From the NCBI RefSeq assembly GCF_963921235.1, contig NC_086097.1, positions 125,986,001 through 126,050,000 of the forward strand: a DNA stretch of 64,000 bases. The letters run 5' to 3'. The notes under the pieces are model-generated. The model worked only from the letters and a program-made list of their open reading frames with translations. It was not told where the DNA came from and searched no databases. This document shows, piece by piece, positions 1 through 11,330 of the stretch; positions within the stretch are counted from its first letter, which is position 1, and each line of letters starts with the position of its first letter. The DNA comes from Mobula hypostoma. Lineage: Eukaryota. The translations under genes were made by a program, and so were the position numbers.

Positions 1-918
1 AAACAAGAAGCCTCAGACACTGAGTACAAATGAAAAGCATCAATAAAACATTTTTAGCTTCATTGAACTATTGCAAAGTGCAGCACCGTTATATAATTAA
101 TGGCATTATATTCAATAAAAGTTATCCAAATTTTTCTATTTCTCCAAATTCCTATGTGATGCAAGTAGTCTGAAATCATATCTGCATTCGGGTCTATCAT
201 AAACAAAACACATTTCTGAGTAAGCAACACTTTCAAAAAAAATTGTTGTCCAGTGTTACCTTTTCCTTGTGATCGAAATGCAGTTCTTATTAGTTTAATG
301 TATGAAAAAATTAATCTACAATCATTTAAAAATTATGATAGATAATTTAACCACTCTACTACTGTCCCAATTGTAAAATAAACTCTTTCTGGACAATTTC
401 CATGGCATCTTCTAACTGTTTCAGGTTCTTCTATTAAGAAGAAAAGCCTAAAGGACTTTGGGAAAAGCAATTAAGTTATTTCCTAAATATTTAATTGCAT
501 TTGTTAAATGTGAACGTAGTCTATTTCTTCATTTCCTTGTTCATTTAGGGTTAGTGAGTTGAAGGCATGCTATAGAAACATCGGAAGCGTGGCGACACTT
601 ACAGGCTGCCCCCAACACAATCCCTGTTAATTTGACCCAATGGACACATTTCACTGTCTATTTTGATGTTTCAATGTATATGTGACAAATTAAGCTAACC
701 TTTACTCTCTCTAATTGAATGGGCAAAATCATGACAAATAAATGCAGAAAAATTGGAAATTGTCTATTTTGATAGAAAGAAGTTGAAATAGAGGGTACCT
801 TTTAAGTGTGGTGAAATGAAAAGGTGTTGGTGCACAACAGAACCTATGTGTGTATATACAGGGACATCAAGCCACTCAGAAGACAAATGGTATGTTGGTT
901 TCTATTGTTGAGTACAAA

Positions 919-1505
919 TGTAAAATCATCTGGTTCTGTCAGCTGTGTAAGTCTAGGGAAGACACCCTCTGGCCCCGTCAAACGTGAGATTGAAGTGCAA
1001 GCCCCTCAAATCCCTCTGTTGAGTGGATGCTGCGTAATTTGTTACCCTGTTACAAATAAGTACCACAAAATAACAGACCGTACACTGCATACAATTAAAA
1101 GATTTAGCTTTATAATTCTTAATTTGATAAAGGGTCAGTAAGGAAAAAGCAAAAAAAGAAAAGTGCCCATTTTAATGAAACAGTCTAATGTGCAAAAGTT
1201 GGAGCTCACAATTTCCCTTTTGCTGATCCTTCTTCAATTTCCCTGGGCTTCATCGAATCACAGCCCCACTCTGGATCAACTCCTCCGACTTCTTCTCTCT
1301 GCCGTCTTCTCTCTTCTCCCCTCTCTAAAGCTCCAAGCCCAACCTTAGTGTCCCTCACCAGAGAAACCTCTCCTGAATCCGTTCATCCCAATTGGATGGC
1401 TCTCCTATCTCTTATCTTCAATAGTAACCCAAACATGCAGCTTACACAGAGAACACGAAAGCATAACAGAGAAAAAATATGAACCATGTGAACCAAGGCA
1501 TTACA
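919..1505. mobile_element. Probable solo LTR inserted in an old CR1 fragment
   Basis: TGTAA...TTACA termini; CR1 RT-like sequence breaks at gagtacaaa and resumes at tgttactgcag. No clear TSD. Confidence 0.5.
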
Positions 1506-2305
1506 TATGTTACTGCAGTTAGATAGAAATCCAGTAACACCACTCCTATAATATTTTGTGCAGGTCGGTCTCCATACCTAACACTTGTGATAGAGGAAGT
1601 GCAATGAATTTCACCAAACTGATTGTTGGGAAAGGAAATTTAGACCATAAGACATACAGTAGGAGCAAAATTAAGCTATTCAGCCCAAAAGGGCTGCTCC
1701 ACCATTCCTGCTAATTTATTATCCCTCTCAAGCCCATTCTCCTGCCTTCTCCCCTTTGACACCCTTAATACTCAAGAACCAATCAACCTCCAATTTAAAT
1801 ATACCCTTTAAGAATTGAGAAATGATTAAGCTAGTACTCAGAAGCATGAGAGGTGACCTTAATGAAACAGGCAGTATTTCTAAAACAGGGCAAAAGAAAA
1901 GATAACATCTCTCTAAGCTGTTGGGCTTTGAACTAGAGATCATAAACTCAAGATAAGGGGTAAGCCATTCAGGGCATTTTAAGAAAAGAAACTGCTTCTC
2001 TTGGAGTGCAAGGAATAGTTCTCTTTGGAGTGTAAGACTTCTCTAACCAAGAGGGCAGTCAGTGGTCATTCAAAGAACAAATTCAGAAGTGAGATTGGTG
2101 GACTTCAGAATATTTAGGAATCAAGTGGTGTGGGGTGTTTGTGCAGAAAAGGTACACATTGGTTAAAAAAAAAAGCCATGATCTTATTGGATTGGGGAGA
2201 ATGCAAAGGGTCCAAATACGTAGCTTCTCTTTGCATCCATTTCTGAAGAAAGGAACAGACCTGCTAAGCAAATAATCTTTGTTCTTATTTTGTGTATTTT
2301 TATGC

Positions 2306-2497
2306 CTGAACAGATTATTGTCAGTAAAATGAGTTAGCCTCAATAAGAAAGATTAAAAAACAATTGATTACTTTGCATATTACTTTGTTTCATTTCAGTT
2401 GAAAAAAAACGTGGATCCCTAAATCTGTTTTCTTTTTAATTTGGGTTGGGACAGCAATAGCCTTTTATGCAGATTACATAAATTCTCCATTATTTTG
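2306..2497 (+). repeat. Copy 1 of a ~200-bp diverged direct duplication (copy 2 at 7872-8077)
   Basis: Collinear shared blocks GTAAAATGAGTTAG, GATTAAAAAACAATTGATTACTT.GCATATTA, TGTTTCATTTCAG, CAGATTACATAAAT. Confidence 0.85.
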
Positions 2498-2751
2498 CAG
2501 TTAGCAGTCCACCTTTGTTTTCACTTTTATTAAACTTAGAAGTTTACATCTGAACCCCATGTTTAGGAGCCAAATTCACTCCCCATAAAACACAGGAGAT
2601 TATGCCAATGCTGGAAATCCAGAGTACATGTCAGGCAGCATCTATGGAAAGGAATAAAGAGTAGGTGTTTCGGGCTGGACCCCAACTTGGTCGCACCACC
2701 CAGCAGCCCACTATTTAACCACAGGACAATTTACAATGAACAATTAACCTA

Positions 2752-3825
2752 TGGCAGGCAGTAACTAGTGGAGTACCGCAAGGCTCAGTACTGGGACCCT
2801 GGTTGTTTACAATATATATTAATGACTTAGATGAGGGAATTAAATGCAGCACCTCCAAGTTTGTGGATGACACGAAGCTGGGCGGCAGTGTTAGCTGTGA
2901 GGAGGATGCTAAGAGGATGCAGGGTGACTTGGATAGGTTGGGTGAGTGGGCAAATTCATGGCAGATGCAATTTAATGTGGATAAATGTGAGTTTATCCAC
3001 TTTGGTGGCAAAAACAGGAAAACAGATTATTATCTGAATGGTGGCCGATTAGGAAAAGGGGAGGTGCAACGAGACCTGGGTGTCATTATACACCAGTCAT
3101 TGAAAGTGGGCAGGCAGGTGCAGCAGGCAGTGAAAAAGGCGAATGGTATGCTGGCATTTATAGCAAGAGGATTCGAGTACAGGAACAGGGAGGTACTACT
3201 GCAGTTGTACAAGGTCTTGGTGAGACCACACCTGGAGTATTGTGTGCAGTTTTGGTCCCCTAATCTGAGGAAAGATATCCTTGCCATAGAAGGAGTACGA
3301 AGAAGGTTCACTAGATTGATTCCTGGGATGGCAGGACTTTCATATGATGAAAGACTGGATCAACTAGGCTTATATTCGTTGGAATTTAGAAGATTGGGGG
3401 GATCTTATTGAAATGTATAAAATCCTAAAGGGATTGGACGGGCTAGATGCAGGAAGATTGTTCCCGATGTTGGGGAAGTCCAAAACGAGGGGTCACAGTT
3501 TGCGTTCACCAGCAACTTTGATGTGTGTTGGTTGAGGATAAAGGGGAAGCCTTTTAGGACCGAGATTAGGAAAAACTTCTTCACACAGAGAGTGGTGAAT
3601 CTGTGGAATTCTCTGCCGCAGGAAACAGTTGAGGCCAGTTCATTGGCTATATTTAAGAGGAAGTTAGATATGGCCCTTGTGGCTAAAGGGATCGGGGGTA
3701 TGGAGGGAAGGCTGGTACAGGGTTCTGAGTTGGATGATCAGCCATGATCATACTGAATGGCGGTGCAGGCTCGAAGGGCCAAATGGCCTACTCCTGGACC
3801 TATTTTCGATGTTTTCTATGTTTTC
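2752..3825 (+). mobile_element. 5'-truncated young CR1 LINE inserted in a SINE
   Basis: RT motifs GVPQGSVLGP, FVDDTKLGG, LVRPHLEYCVQFW; TTTCTATG-like tail; TSD TAACCTA (2745-2751 and 3826-3832); near-identical to ~22817-23859. Confidence 0.93.
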
Positions 3826-4139
3826 TAACCTACTAACTGGTCCATCTTTGAACTGTGGGAGGAAATCAGAGCTCCCGGAGGAAACTCAAGCACTCATGGG
3901 GTGAACGTACAAACTTCTTACAGATGGCACTGGAATTGAACTCCAAAATCTGGAAAGCCCCAAGCTGTAATAGCTTTGTGCTAACTGCTAGCGTATCGTG
4001 GTATTAGTGTTCAATCTTATTTGGCTGGACACACTTATCCCTCTGAGAAGCTGCAGCCAACCCAAGGCTATCACAGACCTGTTATTCTTCAATCTCTTTA
4101 TGGACCAGAAGAGTAAACACAGTGAGGAGCTTCAGGGCC

Positions 4140-4780
4140 ATTGGGCAGAAAAAGACTACGGATTCTAAATAACATCTCTTCCTCACTGGCAATCAACACA
4201 AGCGCACCTCAAGGATATATGCTTTGCCCTCTGCTCTGCTGTCTCTACACCCATGGCTGTGTAGCTAGGTACAGCAAAAATGCCATCTATAAGTTTGACA
4301 ATGACACTGCTGTTGTCTGCACAATCACAGATGGTGATGATCAGCTGATTGAGTGGTGTTGCAACAATAACTCAAGCCAGTAAGACCAAGGATTGATGGT
4401 GGACTTCAGGAAGAAGTCAAGAGAACACACGCCCAATCTCATGAAGGGGCCAGCAATGGAAAGGTTGAGCAATTTCAAGTTTCTGTGTATCAACATCTCT
4501 GAAGATTTATCCTGGGCCCAACACATTGATGTAATTATAAAGAAGGCACATCGACGGCTATACTGAATAAGAAAATTGAGGGAATTTGGTTTCAAACCAA
4601 AGTCTCCAGCAAGTTTCTACAGATGTACCATGGAGAACATTCTGATAGGTTACATCAGCATGTGGTATTGAGGGGCAATGCACATGATCGGAAAAAGCTG
4701 AAGAGGGTTGTAAACTCAACCAGCTCCATCGTGGGCACTAGCCTCCACAGCATAGAGGACATCTTCGAAAGGTAATGCCA
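4140..4780 (+). mobile_element. Rex1/Babar-like (CR1-clade) LINE RT fragment
   Basis: APQGYMLCPLL..LYTHGC, KFDNDT, KKAHRRLY..RKLREFG, FYRCTMENIL remnants. Confidence 0.75.
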
Positions 4781-5019
4781 CAACTACTATAGAGACATCC
4801 ACAGCATAGTAAATTTTAAATTGCTCCATTCAGGCCTAAAGATTTAATCATTGTGGAGGATTTCTTACTCTTGTGGGATATTGTCTTTTTCTGACAAGAG
4901 AGGTCCCTCTGCTTGGCAGTTAGACATGTGGATGGCAAAGCAATCTCAGGTTCTGGGACTTCCTCCATGGTGGTCGTAGGAGTTGACTCTGAGACAGCAA
5001 GAAGTGGTTCTGACCGCTT

Positions 5020-5826
5020 TCAGATTTACTTTGATCCTTGCTTCTTTCCCGGTCCCAGATTCTTTCTCTTTCTTCATCCCACTCTTTTACTTTCTCACAT
5101 TTCTTCTCTCTTTCTCGATCATGTGCTTTCTCTCTGTCTCTTCTTTTTTTCAACTTCTTTCTTTTTCTTGTCTTCATTTTTCTTCTCCTAACCTCTTGTG
5201 AGTATCTGAGTGTGCTAATTTCTCAAGAAATTCGGTCTTGTTTATCCTCTTTCATTTCCATAGCACTTTTGTCATCCTCCTCTTTTTTTTCCCTTTTTCA
5301 TCTTTCTAGGATGTGCATCTTGATCTCGGAAAGATCCATTTAGTTCACTGGAGTATTCTCTAATTAATCCTTCTATTGTTCTCTTTACAACCCTGTTGGT
5401 TTCCTTATCCACAACATCATCTGATGAATCCTCTGTCTTCATATCTCCATTGACTCCTTTCGTTTTGGCCTTCCATTCACCCTTCTTGGGTTTGGCCTTT
5501 GCATCTACTTTTACAAGCAACTTTTTGTCTCCCAGTTCATGCAATAACATTAATGCATGCAGAATAGATTCTGGTTCTTTATACCCACAAAACCTGAATG
5601 CTTGCAACTTTCTTGAATCTCCTTGAGCTCTCTTCCAGCTTAAAACCAAGCCATGTTACGCAAGTAACTGCTCGAATGATATATCAGAAGCTTTCTCGGA
5701 TATGTCGCCTACAAAATCTGTTGTGGTTGAATCACTGCTTTAATCACTTTCACAATTCCTCTGAGCAGCATGGTCCTTCCTTGGTCCAGTAGGCTTTCCA
5801 ACCAGAGGCACAGAGGTTAGCACCCA
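5020..5826 (-). pseudogene. RBM25: Processed (intronless) RBM25 fragment: RRM, linker and start of the RE/RD-rich region; disabled
   Basis: Minus-strand translation VGKPTGPRKDH...TTTDFVGDISEKASD...LLA*HGLVLSWKRAQGDSRKLQAFRFCGYKEPES...KKLLVKVDAK...IEGLIREYSSELN...MEMKEDKQDRIS*EIS...RERE matches recalled vertebrate RBM25. In-frame stops at 5656-5658 and 5740-5742, later frameshifts, no introns, no N-terminus and no PWI domain. Confidence 0.92.
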
Positions 5827-7353
5827 CAAATGTTTGCCCTCGTTGGGCAATGGTTCATGATGTACAATATTGAGAAAATTTGGCATTGTCCTGTACATTT
5901 CTTAAACACTTTCAGTTAACTCTATTGCAGGGGATATGGCATGCAAGTTGTGTGTGGATCTCCAATCAAGTTGTAGTAGCCCCAGTCAAGTATGCCCCAC
6001 AGTGCTGGACCTTTTGTTTTTAACACATAGAAGCTCAATTTGGAGTGTTGGTTGTTGTTTTTTCACAGTTATGTATGTTGTTCCCACAGGAATTATCTTG
6101 TCCCCAGCGTAAATTCTTAGGTAGATATCTGCAGGCTTCAGCTCAGTATCTTTGAAATGCTGTTCAAACTCATTTTGTGGAATTAAGCAGCTGAACCAGG
6201 ATCCAATTCCATTTTAATTAATTTGCAGTTCACTTATGGTGTAATCTATATACTTAGTTTTCACTTTGTAAATCCCAAGGCTACCCAGTCCTGTGTCACA
6301 TTCATCATTATCAGATCTTCCATCAAAAACATGCAGAATAGTGCTCTGCTTGAAACTGCAACTTGAATTTTTATCTTTTTCTCTTCCCTATGCAGCCCAT
6401 TTATTTCTGTCTGCCTGACATGCTCTTTGTATTTGTCCTACCTTGTTGCATTTTCTGCAAGTTTTGACTTTAAATATGCATTGGTCTGGTGTATGTATGC
6501 CCCTACCACAGCAGCAACACAATTTGTTCAGACAGACTGTTTTCTGTTTAGATACTGCAATTTTGTTCACACTCACGTTCATTACTGACTGCAACTCAAT
6601 TATGTTTCTGTCTGCTATTTTCATTGATACAGCTATTTCTACTGTTCTTTTAAATGTAAGTTGTGCTTCAGATAACAGCCATTTTTGAATGTTTTCTTGT
6701 AAGATTCTACAAACTAAGCCCATTACCTAAATGACAATTCTCAGATAATCTCTTCAATTTAGTCACATACATTGAAATGGACTTCCCTTCCATTGATTTC
6801 ACTTAAGAAAAGTAATATAAAGTATTCTGCAATCAATAATGGTTTTGATTCTAAATGTTCCCACATTACTTTCATGATATCAGCAAAACTCAATTCAGCT
6901 GGTATGGTTGGAGCAGTTAAATTTCTAAGCAAACTGTATGCCCTTAAACCCAATGCACTCTGCAAAACTAGCACTCACTTCTCATTAGCTATTTCATTTG
7001 CTTTAAAATAGTGCTAAATAAGATCAGTATATATTAACCAGTTATCCATTGAGTAGTCAAACATGTCAATCTTTCTGAAGTAGCTAGCAATTTCTGCTTA
7101 TTTTAGCGATCAATATCACCTGGTACTAACTGTTTGTGAACTTGTGAATTCTTCCATTTTCTGCCTTTTAAAGAACTTGATTATCTTTGCTTTTGCAAAG
7201 AAAATGTGCTGCTCTGAAAAAAATACTATGCTGTGCTTTTTATTTTAACTTGACCATTTCTCGTTGCGTTTTTTTTCTCAACGCAAACATCTCGCTGTGC
7301 TGCAACTGGTAGGTAGTTGTCTCAGGCTTGTTTTTAAAATGCATTGTCGTCAC

Positions 7354-7600
7354 TGTTGTGTTTTGTACTCCAAAACACAAAACAAATTGAAAGGAAAATG
7401 GGGAGCCAACAGATGCGATTCTTTGTTTGTTTTTACTTTGAAAAAGCTGCGCATGTATGACATGGTACCGCCATGGTGGATGTAATTCACTTATTTTTAC
7501 ATATAACCCATAATGAATTATTTAATTGAATAAGAATGTTTAATCAAACAATATATTTGCAATATTATTCAAATACTGCTGAAATATTAAATACACAACA
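7354..7600 (-). repeat. 5' LTR of the RBM25-carrying Gypsy element (247 bp)
   Basis: TG...CA termini; collinear with the LTR at 44278-44525 (shared TTTAATATTTCAG, TTTGATTAAACATTCTT, TTATGGGTTATATGTA, TACAAAACA.AACA). Confidence 0.88.
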
Positions 7601-7871
7601 TGTGTTTCAATGTACATGTGACAAATAAAGCTTATCTTTTTCTTTGAAAACGTTCTTTAAGAAGGTCAGGCAGCATCTATGGAAAGAAATAAACAGTCAA
7701 CATTTCAGGCCAAGACCGCTCATCAGGGTCAGATTTCTAGCATCTGCAGTCTTTTATGTCTCCAATCATACCTTGGAGAGCTCTCATAATGCAGGTTCAA
7801 GATCTCTTTATTGTCTTCTGGATACTATACACATCCCTCATGCTGTGTCTCATATAACTTCCATACAAAAT

Positions 7872-8077
7872 CTGAACAAGTTATTGTCTGTAAAATGAGT
7901 TAGTCTCAAACAAGAATGATTAAAAAACAATTGATTACTTAGCATATTATCCTGTTTCATTTCAGCTGTTGAAAAACCATGAATACCTGAATCTATTTTC
8001 TTTTAAATCTGGGTTGAGGTAGCAATGGTCTTCTTAACAGATTACATAAATGTTATGATTAGCTGGTCCATTATTTT
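7872..8077 (+). repeat. Copy 2 of the ~200-bp diverged direct duplication
   Basis: Same blocks in the same order as 2306-2497. Confidence 0.85.
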
Positions 8078-8373
8078 CCACGTAGGATTTGCAATGTTAT
8101 GTAATCTAAATCAGTATAACTTGTGGTTCTTAGAGAGTAATTAGTTCTGAACAGGAAGAAAGCAATGAAGTGCAAAGTACTAAGATCCTAATAGTTACCC
8201 CCAAGGGAATGATTAAATTAACACAGTCCAATGAATCTAAATTATTCAGTCAAGTCTTATTATTGCAACATGAGCATACAATGAAGAATTCACTAATTGT
8301 TTTCTAAATATAGTATTAGCAACTTTGTAAATTTGCTATAAATAAAATCATCTCTTGGTACATTTGAAACATA

Positions 8374-8925
8374 CACTTAGTGGCAACTTTATTAGGTACC
8401 TCCTCTACCTAATAAAGTGGCCACTGAGTGTTTGTTCATGGTCTCCTGCCGCTGTAGTCCATCTACTTCGAGGTTCGACTTGTCGCATGTTCAGAGATGC
8501 TCCTGTACATCACTGTTATTTAAGTTATTGTCACCTTCCTGTCAGCTTGACCCAGTCTGGCCATTAACTTCTGACCTCTCTCATTAACAAGGTATTTTTG
8601 CCCACTGAATGACTGCTCACTGGTGTTTTTGGTTTTTCACGCCATTCTCTGCAAACTCCAGAGACTGTTGTTTGTGAAAATCCCAGGAGAAAAGCAGTTT
8701 CTGAGATACTCAAACCACTCCATCATTGGACAATCATTGGACAGTCAAAGTCACTTAGATCACATTTCTTCCCCATTCTGATGTTTGGTCTGAAAAACAA
8801 CTGAACCTCTTGACCATGTCTGCATGCTTTTATACTTTGAGTTGCTGCCACATGATTAACTGATTAGAAAATTGCATTAGTGAGCAGGCATATCAGTGTA
8901 CCTGGTAAAAAGTGGCCACTAAGTG
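8374..8925 (+). mobile_element. Non-autonomous Tc1/mariner-type MITE
   Basis: TIR consensus CACTCAGTGGCCACTTTATTAGGTAC at both ends, TA on both flanks; three further copies in the window. Confidence 0.85.
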
Positions 8926-9445
8926 TATTTAAATAATTGTAAGTTATCTTTCCTTTATGTTTTAAGGTGAAGATATGGAGTAACCAAACTTGATGAAACA
9001 TAGTAAATTATCTAGAAAAGGTTTGAAATTTGATCACTTACACACATTGCAGTTGAATAATGCTGTGAAATTGAGTGCAAAATGTATCACCACTTCCTAA
9101 TGCATTTTGTATATGGTGTGACTTTGAGTTGCACATAAGTGTGATCGACCTGTTCATAAGTGATACTGGACAGGCAGCAGGGATGTCAAGTGGACAACAA
9201 CTCTTATTTGATGCCATTTCTGCAATACAGAAGCCTGAATATGTGATTACAAGTGGACCATGGACAGGAAAGCAAGCAAACTCATAACAATCAATCATTC
9301 CGTTGCAACCTGGAATGAATGTGGTGCAGCACCCTCCCCCCGCCACCAAATGTAGCTCTCTGTTTTACTATGCATCTTTAATGCATGTTATAGTTCTTCA
9401 TCAAGCCTGAAAAAAACCTCACTTTTCATTTGAGCATTTCTTGCA

Positions 9446-9632
9446 TTCTTCTTCCTCTTAAGCTCATCAGTCCTACTGGGGCATAGGTTACCAACAGCAG
9501 CTCGCCAGAGTCCCCTGTCCTGGGCCAGTCTTTCAAGTTGTCCCTACATGTAGCCCATCTTTGAAGGTCCTTCCTCTCCCAGAGACGAAGTCTTCAGAGC
9601 TTCTATTGGTGTATCTGTGGCTCTGGGGATTT
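9446..9632 (-). mobile_element. Possible RTE-clade 3' end or SINE fragment
   Basis: GC-richer block ending on the minus strand in an (AAG)n-like tail; recognised by pattern only. Confidence 0.3.
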
Positions 9633-10689
9633 CCCTCCCGTCGATGTAGTTATCCAAACTTTTCTTAAATGTTGAAATCAAACCTGCATCCACCAGTTGC
9701 ACTGGCAGCTGATTCTACACTATCATCACCCCCTGAGTGAAGAAGTTCCCCCTCATGCTCCTGTTCATTTCACCTTTCGCCATGACCTCTAGTTCTAGTC
9801 TTACCCGATCTCAGTGGGAAGCTGCAGTGGTTCAGAAGGTAGTTCACCAGCTTCTTCCCGAATGGGCAGTAAAATCCTGGCCTTGTCAGCAATGCCAAGA
9901 TCCCAAAAGAGGATAAAATATACGGAGAAAAACTGAGAGACACATTACTTTCCCTTGTGGACCAATGGCTTTCAGAACAATAATTTGCAGGGCTAAAGTA
10001 TTCCAATTTTAAGAAGCAAATAAAAGAATTTCAAGTTCAAGTTTAGAGTAATTCAACCATATGCATATATTCAACTAAACAAAGCATTGTTCCTCGAGGC
10101 CAAGGTAGAAACCATAGGACATTTTGTCACACACAGCACATATAGTTACGATCCAGCACATATGGTCAAAAAATAATATTAGCTCGTCTGTGAGTGACAA
10201 AGCCTGAAGACTGACAGATTGACATAAAGTGCAAGGTGCATGTTTACGTAAAACAGTATAATGTTACTGGCACTATTAGAATAAAACAAGCAGAAGTAGA
10301 AATATGGGAAACAGCAGCAATAAAAAATGAAAAGTGACCAGCACAGGATGAGAGCGTGGAGTGAGTTGGGGAGGAGGCAGCGGGGGTGCAACAGGACATT
10401 CAGACTGGGTGTACATGTACATGGAGGGCATCTCCAAGAATGGGGATCTTTTTTTTTTAAACTCATAGTCAATAAGAACGTCTGAAAATGTGAACAGAGA
10501 AGCAGATTTTCTGTGTTCTGCTCAAGCACAGGGAAAAGAAAGGGCACTGATGTCCCAAAAATAATGATATGGAGCACAAGTTTCCTAAAATGGAGGGGAG
10601 CCAAGTATCACCTCTTCAATGAGTACTGAAAAGGTCCTTTATGAATGAAAAGCCAAATGATGTGAAAAGCTAAGCAAGCACTTAAACAG

Positions 10690-11330
10690 AAAATCCTTGG
10701 CAGAATTGTTGTTTCCTTAACTTGAAATAATGGATGAGAATATAAAAGCAAGGATGTAATCCATTGGTCAGACCACATTTGGAATATGATGAGCAATTCT
10801 GAGCCCCTTATCTAAGAAATGATGTGTGGGCATTGGAGAGGGTACAGAGGAGGTTCATGAGAATGATCCCAGGAGTGAAAGGGTTAATGTGTGAGGAGCA
10901 TGTGATGGCTCTGGGCCTGTACATACTGGAGTTTAGGAGAATGTAGGGAGAATCTAATTGAAGTCTATCAAATATTGAAAGGCCGAGGCAGAGTGGATAT
11001 GGAGACAATGTTTCCTATAGATGGGAGGTCTAGGATCAGGGGGCACAGCCTCAGAATACAAAAATATCCTTTTAGAACAGAGATAAAGAAGGAATTTCTA
11101 TCTCCAGAAGGTGGTGAATTCATTGCCACAGATGGCTGTGAAGGCCAAGCCATTGGCTATATTTAAAGTGGAGATTGATAGGTTCTGGATTAATAAGGGT
11201 GTTAGAAACTAAGGGGAGAAGGCAGGAGACTGGGATTGAGAGGGATAATATATCAGCCATGAAGGAATGGTGGAGCAGACTCGATGGGCCAAATGACGTA
11301 ATTCTACTCCTATATCATTTGGTCTTGGTG
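10690..11330 (+). mobile_element. Old CR1 LINE 3' fragment
   Basis: RPHLEY, LERVQRRF.RMIPG and RGHSLRI remnants; CR1 3' UTR ending gatgggcc.aatg. Confidence 0.8.

Larger units (their letters stand above)
4780..7600 (-). mobile_element. Degenerate Gypsy/Ty3 LTR retrotransposon carrying the RBM25 fragment: 5' LTR, gag, protease, [RBM25], integrase tail and 3' non-coding region; 3' LTR missing
   Basis: LTR TGTTGTG...CACAACA (7600-7354), then PBS-like GTGACGACAATG. Gag remnants (ALGLRAYSLLRNLTAP; Zn-knuckle region CRKCNKVGQIQRAC) and protease (MELDPGS...GPALWG) run to ~5881. Segment 5020-4780 is the reverse complement homologue of the Gypsy 3' region at ~43965-44186. Confidence 0.88.

Noticed and set aside
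5020..5826. Functional RBM25 gene or exon
   Set aside because: In-frame stops, frameshifts, truncation at both ends, no splice sites, and embedded in Gypsy sequence.
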